From positions 192,001-256,000 of the forward strand of contig JADJFV010000035.1 in assembly GCA_016708435.1 (NCBI GenBank): a stretch of DNA of 64,000 nucleotides, given 5' to 3'. Position 1 is the stretch's first letter. Each line of letters starts with the position of its first letter. Below the pieces are notes generated by a model, which was given only the letters and a program-made list of their open reading frames with translations, ran no database searches and had not been told where the DNA came from. The translations under genes and the position numbers were made by a program. This document shows, piece after piece, positions 30,207-39,715 of this stretch. This stretch comes from Leptospiraceae bacterium (GTDB lineage: Bacteria; Spirochaetota; Leptospiria; Leptospirales; Leptospiraceae).

Positions 30207-30647
30207 TTATTCATTGCCTCTTTTATCTTTAAAAAATTTTTTTACTATAGCTTTTATTTCTTCTGAATGATGCAAAGTCAATTTAGGAAAATGGTTTTTT
30301 GAATAAATAGATTCAATGCTAAGAGATGTTATGCCCTCTGTTTTTGTGGCTTCTAGGAAGTAAATGACTTCAGCTAAGCGTGCGTGAATGATTGCACCCG
30401 CACACATGAGGCAAGGCTCGATGCTTGTGAGCATTACACAGCCATTTAAGAATTTGTTATCCATTATCCGCTGAGCTGATTCAATGCAAAGAATTTCACT
30501 GTGCATATGAGTGGTTGCATTTTCTTCTACCTTGTTGAACTTTTCCGCTAAGAGATTTCCTTCTCTGTAAATTTGTGTGAAGGAGGGAATTTCTTCTGGA
30601 TTTTCATTAGCGAGTTCAGTGAATCTTTCTAAGAATAACTTAATCAT
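30207..30647 (-). CDS. tadA: tRNA-specific adenosine deaminase (CDA-fold)
   Basis: HAE/PCxxC zinc-binding motifs (HSEILCIESA ... PCLMCAGAI). Confidence 0.65.
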   Translation of the reverse strand: MIKLFLERFTELANENPEEIPSFTQIYREGNLLAEKFNKVEENATTHMHSEILCIESAQRIMDNKFLNGCVMLTSIEPCLMCAGAIIHARLAEVIYFLEATKTEGITSLSIESIYSKNHFPKLTLHHSEEIKAIVKKFFKDKRGNE

Positions 30648-32779
30648 TTATCATCAAAGGAAGATACCCCTTCCCAATCAAGAGGAACACCGTGCGCTTC
30701 ATAATAAGAGCATCGCTTTAAATAGAGCTCTGCTGCTTTATCATGAGGATTTATACTTACAATTTCTGTGAAGCAACTAATTGCTTCGTGGAAGTCTTGC
30801 GTCAAATAGAGACTAACCCCCATTTCAAATTGGGTCTTGGTTGCTTTGAATAAATCAAATACTGCTACTGAGTGTCCATCTAGTATTTCTACTACTGTAA
30901 GATTTTTTTCTTTGCCTTTTACTTTGACTCGATCGAGTATTCGGTATAAATATTTATCCGCATCTTCGAGAGAGAAAAGAGTTTCGATACTCATTAGAAT
31001 GGATGCACCGTAAATCTTTGTCAGTCCTTCAATCCTAGAAGCAAGATTGACTGCATCAGAAATAACCGTTCCCTCCATTCTATCTTCTGTCCCGATTGTT
31101 CCAAGCATAATCATTCCAGTATGAATACCTATACCAATTTCAATGGGAGGAAAATTTTTTTGTAAGCGACTCTGGTTGTAGATTCTAATTTCTTTTTGCA
31201 TCTCAATTGCTGATTCAATTGCATCATCAGGACTTAAGGGGTAAAGAGCCATTAGCCCATCACCGATGTATTTGTCGATGAAGCCTTTATGAGATAATAC
31301 ACAGGGATTCATTCGTTTTAAATAGGCATTTAAAAAGTCGAAGTTTTCAGCCGGAGTCATCGTTTCGGATAATTGAGTGAAGGAACGAATATCCGAAAAA
31401 AGAATAGTCATCTCTCTTTGAATTTGGTTTCCAAGTTGAACTTCTAAGATACTTTCTTTTTTGAGATATAAAATTAATTCATAGGGAACGAATCTCGCGT
31501 AGGCAAAGTTTGTCTTTTTTAAATCCAGAGAAAGCTCTTCAATTCTTTTGAACGCAGAGGAGAATTTTAATAGTAGTGTATAAGACTGAGTAAGCGCCAT
31601 TATCACAATTCCATAAGGAATTAAAAACATATTTGTATGAATGACTTCGTTAATTGCGAGAAGATCATGTGCATTCGTGAGGATAATAGCAATTGTGCTT
31701 ACTAAGATAGAAATTGCGTATTCTCTTTTGTTTATAACTGCTTTTATTATATTATAAGGAATTAGAATGAGTGCAATAATTAATGCGGGTTGTAGAATTG
31801 GAAATGCATAGGTAAAATAGAGCGGCTTTAAGAGTAGGCTAAAACTTGCCAGGATACCAATTCCATAGTAGGTTAAGAAAAAAAGTCTATGAATTTCCTT
31901 TGGAAAAAGGTAATGCAAAAATTGAATCGCAAGTGCTGGAGATAAGAAGAATACTAAATATTCAAGCCGAACATACACTTCAAATTGATTGAAAAAGGGG
32001 TAATTCGTTATTAGCTTTTCACCCGTCGTAACGATTCTAAGGAATAATAATAAAAAGAAAAGAGAGAATAGAATAGACGACTTATCATTTTTTCTAAGCT
32101 GATAAAATCCAAGATGATACACAAAGATAAATAGAAGTAGCCCTGCTAAGAATGAATCTGTCTCTCTAGCCGTTTTTTCTATTGTGCTGATTTGTCGATA
32201 GGTTCCTAGAAAAACACTATGCCATGTTCCCCCTTTTCGATGATGGTAGTTGGAAATCTGCATAACAACTTCCATGTCTTGCATTTTTAGATCTGGCACA
32301 TATCCAATGGCAGGAACAGTATGTGGAATAGAGTCTAATTCGGATATACCTACTTTTCCTGAACCTAATGTAGGAATGCCGTTTACGAAAATTTGAAAGG
32401 CAGTTGCTTGTTGTTGGGAACGAATTGCTAATGCAGGACTGTTCTCCGGAAGTAGAATTCTAAGTCGAAAGCTTGCATACCCCTCCGCATCTAATCTATT
32501 GCCATCAACGATTGTATCGTTCCAGGTATGAGGAATTGTAAAATAATTCTTGTTGAGGAAAATCCCCGTTATCTCTTCTAAGGAATAAAGCTTCTCCCAA
32601 TAGAACTCCCATTCTCCATCCAATTTTACGGGACCATTCTTTTCGAAATCCCAGTTTCTTAAATCTAGAATTCCTTTTTGTGCTCGAAGTCTATGCTCTG
32701 TGAAATCAAAATGTAAGAAGTTACAGGAGTTGAAGACTAAAAGAAAAAGTCCGATGATGTAGAGAATCCTGAAACGCAT
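30644..32779 (-). CDS. class III adenylate/guanylate cyclase with N-terminal 7TMR-DISM extracellular and 7TM domains
   Basis: Cyclase core FSDIRSFTQLSE...IGDGLMALYP...IGIHTG; about 7 TM helices; periplasmic N-terminal domain. Confidence 0.75.
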   Translation of the reverse strand: MRFRILYIIGLFLLVFNSCNFLHFDFTEHRLRAQKGILDLRNWDFEKNGPVKLDGEWEFYWEKLYSLEEITGIFLNKNYFTIPHTWNDTIVDGNRLDAEGYASFRLRILLPENSPALAIRSQQQATAFQIFVNGIPTLGSGKVGISELDSIPHTVPAIGYVPDLKMQDMEVVMQISNYHHRKGGTWHSVFLGTYRQISTIEKTARETDSFLAGLLLFIFVYHLGFYQLRKNDKSSILFSLFFLLLFLRIVTTGEKLITNYPFFNQFEVYVRLEYLVFFLSPALAIQFLHYLFPKEIHRLFFLTYYGIGILASFSLLLKPLYFTYAFPILQPALIIALILIPYNIIKAVINKREYAISILVSTIAIILTNAHDLLAINEVIHTNMFLIPYGIVIMALTQSYTLLLKFSSAFKRIEELSLDLKKTNFAYARFVPYELILYLKKESILEVQLGNQIQREMTILFSDIRSFTQLSETMTPAENFDFLNAYLKRMNPCVLSHKGFIDKYIGDGLMALYPLSPDDAIESAIEMQKEIRIYNQSRLQKNFPPIEIGIGIHTGMIMLGTIGTEDRMEGTVISDAVNLASRIEGLTKIYGASILMSIETLFSLEDADKYLYRILDRVKVKGKEKNLTVVEILDGHSVAVFDLFKATKTQFEMGVSLYLTQDFHEAISCFTEIVSINPHDKAAELYLKRCSYYEAHGVPLDWEGVSSFDDK

Positions 32780-32850
32780 TCTTAATACACATCATACAAA
32801 GAAAGATTTTTCAATATTAATTTATAAAACGAATTAATTTTTTGAAAAAT

Positions 32851-34038
32851 CTATTCTGTAGAGTCATCCTCAAGATCCGATTCATTTGGGTTAATGGTCT
32901 CAGGCGTTGTGTCTGCTGGTTGTTTTTCTTCTTTTGCTGGATAATTGGCTTCTTCTTTTAAAAGTTGAATGCATTCTTTCGAGTATTTTCTCGCTCTCTC
33001 CGTGATTGTGCTTGGTTCATACTTATCGACTATCGCATTGAATACTGCTGCTGCCCGATCGTATTTCTTGGTAGAAAAAAGTGCCATACCTTTAGTGAAA
33101 AGTGCATAATGATCGAGAAGACCCGGTTCGTTTACTAGCACTTCTTCGGCAAAGCGAATTGCTTCCGCATAACGTCCTAACTTTAAGTTTGACTCGCCCA
33201 TATAGTAAAGAATTTTCTCTCTTTGCTTACCGGCAGGTGTAACCTTTAGGAGTCTGGCAAATGCCTTAAGTGCTTTGTCGAACTGATTCTTATTGTATAA
33301 TGTTTTGGCTCTATCGTATCCAGAAGATTTATCCTCAGTGATTACTGCTGGCTTAGGCTCTTCCTTATCTATCGAAGCAATTTCTTCTGAATAATTTTCG
33401 AATATGTCATAAGAAGCAAAGTCTTTTCCTAATTTTCGTAAGGCTCTCGTCCAACCAATTCTAGCTTGCACATTATTCGGGTATTCCTGAACAGCTAGAA
33501 AATAATTTTTACTAGCATTTTCGTATTTTGCTTTTCTCATATAAAAGTCAGCGATAGAAAGAAGTGCTCTTGATCTTAGTTTGTTGTCGCGACTTGTTTG
33601 GAGAACGGAGTTTAGATGAATCTTTCCTTCTTCTTCCTGATTGAGAACGAGTAATAGGTTTCCCAGCGCATAACTAAGATTTTCCCTTTCGTCTTTGGAA
33701 AGATTTGGAACCTGATTTAATTCCTTGTAGATGTCTAATGCTCTTAGTCTGTCTTTATTTTTTTGCAGTGCGCCTGCATGACCGAAAGTTACTCTAAACT
33801 TATAAGCATCAGGAACTGATTTGGAAGAAAGCTCAGTGAAAAGGAGTAATGCTTTTTGTGAACTCTTCTTGCTGGATTGACTCAAAAGCTCTTCCGCTAT
33901 CTTTAATCTTTCTTCAAACGGATAAGCATTGTTTTCCACCGATTTTTCTTCTGCTTTATTCACCATTATATACACGGCAGTTAAAACTCCACCGGAAACG
34001 AATAAAAACCCAACTAAGACATATATTAATCTACTCAT
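32851..34038 (-). CDS. TPR-repeat protein
   Basis: N-terminal TM segment then multiple TPR-like repeats. Confidence 0.65.
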   Translation of the reverse strand: MSRLIYVLVGFLFVSGGVLTAVYIMVNKAEEKSVENNAYPFEERLKIAEELLSQSSKKSSQKALLLFTELSSKSVPDAYKFRVTFGHAGALQKNKDRLRALDIYKELNQVPNLSKDERENLSYALGNLLLVLNQEEEGKIHLNSVLQTSRDNKLRSRALLSIADFYMRKAKYENASKNYFLAVQEYPNNVQARIGWTRALRKLGKDFASYDIFENYSEEIASIDKEEPKPAVITEDKSSGYDRAKTLYNKNQFDKALKAFARLLKVTPAGKQREKILYYMGESNLKLGRYAEAIRFAEEVLVNEPGLLDHYALFTKGMALFSTKKYDRAAAVFNAIVDKYEPSTITERARKYSKECIQLLKEEANYPAKEEKQPADTTPETINPNESDLEDDSTE

Positions 34039-35693
34039 TTACTTCCCCGATTTTCCAAACATCTTTTTACGTAAAAATCCACTCGCTCTTTATTATAGTT
34101 CATTTGCACATCTTCACTCAGAAGTATTTTTAACGCAGAACTATACTCTTTTTGGTTATAATAACAGAGGGCTGCGAAAAATAACGATTTACCTCTGATG
34201 GCATTGCTAGATACTCTATCTGCTAAGGACTCAAACTTCACACGAGCCTCTGTGAATTTATCCTTTTTATAATACTGGGACATGATTGTATCAAAGTCCG
34301 GATTTGTTTCTTCTTCTACTACTGGTTTAGAAGGAGAAGGTTTTTCTTCCGGTTTAATAACTTCAGGCTTGGTTTCTTCTGCCTTTGTCTCTTCGATTTT
34401 TTTCTTTTTCTTTTTTTTCTTCTTTTTGCTAGGATCGATTTTAATGAAAGATTGTCCTTCTTGGAGAATTAGGTTTTCTTCTCCCTCGCCTGTCTTTGAA
34501 GTCACTGCATAAAACATAGGAGTTTTCTTGTTTAAGTTTGGATGCAGAAAAGAAACGTCAGGATGAACTACAGTGCCAATCTTTTTTGCTTTTTCTATTA
34601 GGGTTGTATTTGTCTCGGAGGCGATGCGAGTATTCGATTCATAAATGGAATACTTGGTTGAATTCACAACTGCTCCTTCTGGTGCAGTCCATGCGAGTAG
34701 AATTCCATCTTTTCTTACATCACCTGTAAGATTTGTAACTTGCAAAGGTTTTGTAATGACTACAACTGTGTCTTTTTTTTCTTCAACGACTGCGATTTTT
34801 TCGTCTTTAGCAGGCTCTTCTTTTTTCTCTGTTTTAACAAAGTAAAATTTGCGAAAGGATTTATCTTCTATTAAAGGTGTTGCTTCCTTATCTTGAATTG
34901 TAACGGTTACTCCATAGTAGACGGTTTGAGAGGAATCGAGTCCTGTATCTAGAAAAGTAGTTTCAGGATGAATCACTTCTCCTATCTTTGTGGCTTTTTC
35001 CATTAGCCCCACATTCGACATCGGATCAGGAGATCGGTAAATGGTATACTTAATGGAATCCTCTGCTCCAATCGGGGGAGTCCAGGAAAGTCGAACTGAA
35101 TTTTCTACGGTTCTAATTTTTAAATTACTGATTGAATCCGCTTCGTGTTTTACTTCTGCGATTTGAGGGAGGACTTTTTTAGGAGTATCAATTGGAGCCG
35201 GAACGACAGCAGGGGTAATTGTATAGTTGACTCCCGGAAAAAGCTTGACTCGTTTTTTCTTAATTTGGGATACCAATACAATCGCGTAATAGTATTCACC
35301 AGGTCGGAGATTTGTGTCTTTAAAATTATTGAAAAAGTTTATCTTGTCACTCTTATACTTTCCAAGAGAATCGGATACGCCTAATTTTTCCATTGTATCA
35401 ATTACTTGATTCGATCTTGCGATGATTACATCCCCTTCATCGGCGGGAGGTGTCCATTTCAATTCAATGGAAATCGAATCTGCACTGAGAGTTGCTGTTA
35501 GATCGGAGACTACATCCTTATCTACTTTTTTCTTTTCTGTGACTTCTTTTTCTGTTTCTGTGATTTTTGCCTCTTGGGGAAAAATGGAAACAGTAAGCGC
35601 AAAAAAGGAAATCCAGAATAGCATAATGCACAGACTAGTGTGAAAAGGGTTTTTCTTAGGATTGGGCTGGTTGGTTTTAATTGAATGTTTCAT
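34035..35693 (-). CDS. Fn3-like repeat / TPR protein with internal poly-lysine tract
   Basis: Three WTPP...Y.Y... Fn3-like modules; C-terminal TPR; a K11 run encoded by the homopolymeric tract near 34395-34435. Confidence 0.55.
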   Translation of the reverse strand: MKHSIKTNQPNPKKNPFHTSLCIMLFWISFFALTVSIFPQEAKITETEKEVTEKKKVDKDVVSDLTATLSADSISIELKWTPPADEGDVIIARSNQVIDTMEKLGVSDSLGKYKSDKINFFNNFKDTNLRPGEYYYAIVLVSQIKKKRVKLFPGVNYTITPAVVPAPIDTPKKVLPQIAEVKHEADSISNLKIRTVENSVRLSWTPPIGAEDSIKYTIYRSPDPMSNVGLMEKATKIGEVIHPETTFLDTGLDSSQTVYYGVTVTIQDKEATPLIEDKSFRKFYFVKTEKKEEPAKDEKIAVVEEKKDTVVVITKPLQVTNLTGDVRKDGILLAWTAPEGAVVNSTKYSIYESNTRIASETNTTLIEKAKKIGTVVHPDVSFLHPNLNKKTPMFYAVTSKTGEGEENLILQEGQSFIKIDPSKKKKKKKKKKIEETKAEETKPEVIKPEEKPSPSKPVVEEETNPDFDTIMSQYYKKDKFTEARVKFESLADRVSSNAIRGKSLFFAALCYYNQKEYSSALKILLSEDVQMNYNKERVDFYVKRCLENRGSK

Positions 35694-35895
35694 AAATTAC
35701 CATTAAAGAACAAAAGAAAAACAAAAATAGAACACTTGGAAATAAATTTCAACCAATTTAATTATAAATATCAATGCAATTTACAATCAATCCTCTATTT
35801 ACTCTTTAAAAACTTAGGTTTAATCCTCCTTTTATTATCGACATTTCAGAAATGAGATTATATACAAGATAGAATAATTTACCCACGAATTCGCC

Positions 35896-36037
35896 CAATG
35901 TCATTAAGATAAGAGTTTTTCACCACGAAGAGCACGAAGTTCACGAAGGGGTTTATGATGGAATCCTTTTTTTCTTCGTGTTCTTCGTGCCCTTCGTGGT
36001 GAATTCTTTTTTCTTTTATCTTAACTTAATGACATTG
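35896..36037. mobile_element. MITE-like hairpin element, CACGAAG-heptamer family, copy A
   Basis: TIRs caatgtcattaagataag / cttatcttaa(ctta)atgacattg; arms caccacgaagagcacgaagttcacgaagggg and cttcgtgttcttcgtgcccttcgtggtg; flanked by direct repeat cacgaattcgcc on both sides. Confidence 0.7.
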
Positions 36038-36216
36038 CACGAATTCGCCTGGCGTCTTTGCAGTGAGACATAAGGAAGAGTGGAAAGCTCCAGACTCTCA
36101 CTTGAATTTTCGATTTTTCTAAATAGAATGTCAGAAGGAATTTCTTTGTTGATAGGCTTTCTAGTGACTAATAATTCCAAATCTTCTTCGAACGATAAAA
36201 ATTATCTCTAAATGAT

Positions 36217-36795
36217 TCAGCTTGCCAAAGGATGATATTTTTTTTCTGTATCTAAAACAGATTTCGACACCTCTGGATTTAAAGATAACGCTCCCCCATT
36301 TTTGTGAAATCGTAATACTGCAGGAGAAATTATAAAGTCTTCATAACCTTCTAGCTTGGGAGTCTTAAAAGTCTTACGAAACCACTTGAATAAATCGTTA
36401 GCCATATTTAGAAACTTATCATCTTTTGGTGTAAAGGTTTTTTCAAAATAGATTTCTTTGCTATAAAAAAATCTGCCCCTATTCAACTTGTCTAAATAGT
36501 TTTCATAAAACGGAATTAGTAATTCCACAACAGGTGAATTCGTTTCGTCAATAGTATAATAATTTTGATTTGCAATGAACTTACGGATAATTTTTTCTTC
36601 GTCACTTTTTAAAGCGATATAGTATTTATGAATCACAAACTCTGAACTAGAAATCGGATTCACGGAAGATACAATTCGTAACTGTTCTATCGGACTAGGT
36701 GAGGCTAATAACATTAATTCTTTTTCTTGAACATAACGCTCTACTAAGTCCCAATCGTTTGGCAAAAGATAAAAATTAATTTGATTAGTTCTCAC
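36217..36795 (-). CDS. hypothetical protein
   Basis: 192 aa ORF inside the AT-rich island, no motif recognised. Confidence 0.45.
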   Translation of the reverse strand: MRTNQINFYLLPNDWDLVERYVQEKELMLLASPSPIEQLRIVSSVNPISSSEFVIHKYYIALKSDEEKIIRKFIANQNYYTIDETNSPVVELLIPFYENYLDKLNRGRFFYSKEIYFEKTFTPKDDKFLNMANDLFKWFRKTFKTPKLEGYEDFIISPAVLRFHKNGGALSLNPEVSKSVLDTEKKYHPLAS

Positions 36796-37286
36796 GATAT
36801 TTTTCCTGCTCTACGCTTTCGTTGTTATTGTAAGAATGAAATTCTGGTTTAATTCCCATATTTTTATAAATTTCTCTAACATTTTCCCAGGATGAATAGG
36901 AGTTTGCGCTTTTGATTTTTTCTTAGTTGGTTTCTTTTTTAATGGCATCGGGAATGACCTTGAAATACTAAAATGTCCATTTGGACATTTTTTACAAGGA
37001 ATAAATATTTTTCTTTATAAGAGGAATTTTTTTTAAATTCATTAACCATTCAGCATTAATAATTCACCATTATTAAAAGCGGCTAATTGGGTGTAACGAT
37101 ACTAGTCTTCCTTAGCACGGGAAGAATTTTTGCTTGCCAATATATTATCATGGTTCAGTATCTAAAATAAAATATCTGATTCTGTGCGTCACATATCTCT
37201 TTGCTATTTGACTGTTACATGTTTAAATTTTGAAAATTCCATAAATTAGATAAATGGCCTTTAATCTACGGACTCTGCCTAATGTA

Positions 37287-38027
37287 TTAAGATAGTTCTA
37301 TAAGCCAGTCTTTAAACGCTGGCCATCTATTTTCTTCAATGATATTATTTAGTGATTCAATATCTAGTTCGTAGTGAGGTGATTCTATTTCAATTATTGT
37401 TTCATCTTCCTTACAAAATAATTTTTCATTTTCCCTTGCGAGCGAAAGAATTATCAATCCCATACCATATCTCTGTGATAATCTTTTAAATTCACGCTTT
37501 GCATCCAAATCAATTTCAGTGACCACTAAATATCTATAATTTGCCCAAGAAGAATTTGCTAGACACTGAAAAAAATATTTTCTTACTTGGCTACGATTAA
37601 CATTCTTTTTTACTTCAAAGCAATAAATATCTTTCCCTTTTCCTATGATTCTAATGAGATTTTTTAATTTAATAGGAAATTCTTTTATTCCTATTAAATC
37701 TGGGTATAACCATTCATTAACCCCTTTTATCCCATTACCTCCGGCTTGCGGAAAATGCTTTGCCTGAATGGATAGTTTTTTACCAAGCCAGCATATAAAC
37801 GGTTCATATAAATCAGTCTCTTTATTAAAAAGCTGTGATAGATATTCAAATTTTTCATCACTCTTTTTTATTTTTCCCTTTTTTAATAAATTATTTAAAC
37901 TAATATTTACAATGTCCTCGGAAATTTTATTTTTTAAATTATTGTTAACTCCTTTAAATATATCATTTTTAGATATAGGATACAGATTATTTTTTAGAAA
38001 AGTATAAATTAATTCTTCTTGTTTCAT
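37287..38027 (-). CDS. hypothetical protein with possible N-terminal wHTH and C-terminal PD-(D/E)xK-like nuclease motifs
   Basis: WLYPDLIGIKE ... IYCFEVKKN (D ... E-x-K spacing) in the C-terminal half; last gene of the ParA-like operon. Confidence 0.35.
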   Translation of the reverse strand: MKQEELIYTFLKNNLYPISKNDIFKGVNNNLKNKISEDIVNISLNNLLKKGKIKKSDEKFEYLSQLFNKETDLYEPFICWLGKKLSIQAKHFPQAGGNGIKGVNEWLYPDLIGIKEFPIKLKNLIRIIGKGKDIYCFEVKKNVNRSQVRKYFFQCLANSSWANYRYLVVTEIDLDAKREFKRLSQRYGMGLIILSLARENEKLFCKEDETIIEIESPHYELDIESLNNIIEENRWPAFKDWLIELS

Positions 38028-38029
38028 TG

Positions 38030-38590
38030 TTATTTTACTTTAACATCAAAGATAGAAATAATTTTTTTACTGTCCTGATAAATAGTAACCCATTCAGTAT
38101 TATTCTTTTTTGCCTGTGAAAGCATAAAAATATTGTCTTTACTTCCTTTAATTCCTTTGGTTAGATTTGCAAATAAACTCATTTCTTTTTTCTCCAATGA
38201 AGATAGTCCATTTATAATGTTTAGACTTTCTTGCAACGATGAAGTTTTTATTTTAGACAATACCTTCGCATACTTCATCGCTTTCTCTTTAAATCTTTTT
38301 TCTGCTTCTTGTAATTGTTCTAGAATTTGTTTTAACTCAAGAATTGTAGTTTTCTTGGATACTTTTGTGATACCTTTTGATTCTATTAAAAATAATCCGA
38401 GAAGATCAGAAGGGATATTGGATTTTAAATCACTTATTTTTAATTTTGCTTTATTTAAAATGATTTGGTTGTAATATTTTTCTAGGATACTACCAAGAGA
38501 AATTATTTCTTGTGTGCTGAGAACTTCTATATTCTCCTTAGATATAAGTTCCAATAATTCTTTAATTCTATATAAATTCATTTTTTCCAT
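38030..38590 (-). CDS. coiled-coil hypothetical protein
   Basis: 186 aa, overlaps the ParA-like gene end by 13 nt, 3 nt gap to the next gene. Confidence 0.45.
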   Translation of the reverse strand: MEKMNLYRIKELLELISKENIEVLSTQEIISLGSILEKYYNQIILNKAKLKISDLKSNIPSDLLGLFLIESKGITKVSKKTTILELKQILEQLQEAEKRFKEKAMKYAKVLSKIKTSSLQESLNIINGLSSLEKKEMSLFANLTKGIKGSKDNIFMLSQAKKNNTEWVTIYQDSKKIISIFDVKVK

Positions 38591-39540
38591 CCTTTTAAGA
38601 TATACTTTCCAATCTCATTTAATCTTCTGCCATTTTCCATATTTGCACTTCCATCATCTATTGGTCTAGAATTTTTGTATGCTGTCAGCACTGATGCAGA
38701 CTTTTTGAGACCCGGAAATATTCCGAATCCACTAATGTATTCTTTTAGATGCTTTTTCCATTTTGTGCTGTATTCATTTTCAATTAAAGAAAAATATTCC
38801 TTATGAACAGTAAGCCTCGTTTCCCAATTATTGTATACTAGACCCCTGAGTTTTCTTTGTTTATTATTAGGATAATTTTTAAACTCTTCAAATCTTTCAG
38901 ATATTTCATTTAGAAGTAATTCCATACCATGCAATGAGATAGAATCAGGCACAATGGGGATTAAAATACTATCACAGTAATAGAGAGCATTTATATTTAG
39001 GAAATTTATATTTGAAGGCGAATCAATTATAATGTAATCATAATTTTCTTCAACATCTTTCAAGCAATCTTCAAGAAAACTATAAATGTAAACAGGATCT
39101 TTTTTAGTTTTGATAGAAACTTTACTATCCTTAAAGCCTCTCTGAAAAATATCAATTTCAATTTTACTCAATTTGGGATGCGATGCTAGTAAATGGAGTG
39201 TTTCATAAGATTGCAAACCTTTTCCGGAAAATATCGGACTTTTTTCATTCATGCCTATAATGACATCTTTTGCGTGTGCAGGAGCCGATCCATCAATTCG
39301 AGTTTTAAAAAGATGATATAAAGTTAACGATGAATTTTGAGCGATATTATTTAAGTAATACTTTTCGCTGAGTAAATAAGTAGAAGCTGACTTTTGAGGA
39401 TCAACATCAACCAATAAAACTCTTACTTGTTTACCTTTAGAGTTAATTTGAAGCGAAAGAGCTGCGGCAAGATTTACAGAAAAAATAGTTTTTCCTACCC
39501 CGCCCTTACTATTAGCTATATGAATTCTATGTGCTGGCAT
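38578..39540 (-). CDS. ParA/MinD-superfamily ATPase, atypically long (320 aa)
   Basis: Deviant Walker A ANSKGGVGKTIFSVNLAAAL; Walker B YIIIDSP; about 90 aa C-terminal extension. Confidence 0.7.
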   Translation of the reverse strand: MPAHRIHIANSKGGVGKTIFSVNLAAALSLQINSKGKQVRVLLVDVDPQKSASTYLLSEKYYLNNIAQNSSLTLYHLFKTRIDGSAPAHAKDVIIGMNEKSPIFSGKGLQSYETLHLLASHPKLSKIEIDIFQRGFKDSKVSIKTKKDPVYIYSFLEDCLKDVEENYDYIIIDSPSNINFLNINALYYCDSILIPIVPDSISLHGMELLLNEISERFEEFKNYPNNKQRKLRGLVYNNWETRLTVHKEYFSLIENEYSTKWKKHLKEYISGFGIFPGLKKSASVLTAYKNSRPIDDGSANMENGRRLNEIGKYILKGWKK

Positions 39541-39715
39541 ATTACGGTTAATCCCTCCATATTATAATTTTACATCTAATAATTTCTATAGATTTTTTCT
39601 TTTGAAATTACTTTTTCCATCTCAATTCTCCTTTTTATTCTCTGGAGCTTAGCTTAATTTTGCTACCCTAAAATTCCGGTTTCATCTGAACTGGAATACT
39701 TTAATTTAAAAACTT

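Noticed and set aside
36961-37012. Palindrome aaaatgtccatttggacatttttt
   Set aside because: Stem-loop followed by T-runs on both strands, located about 280 bp downstream of the minus-strand operon end. It looks like an ordinary bidirectional intrinsic terminator rather than an operator.
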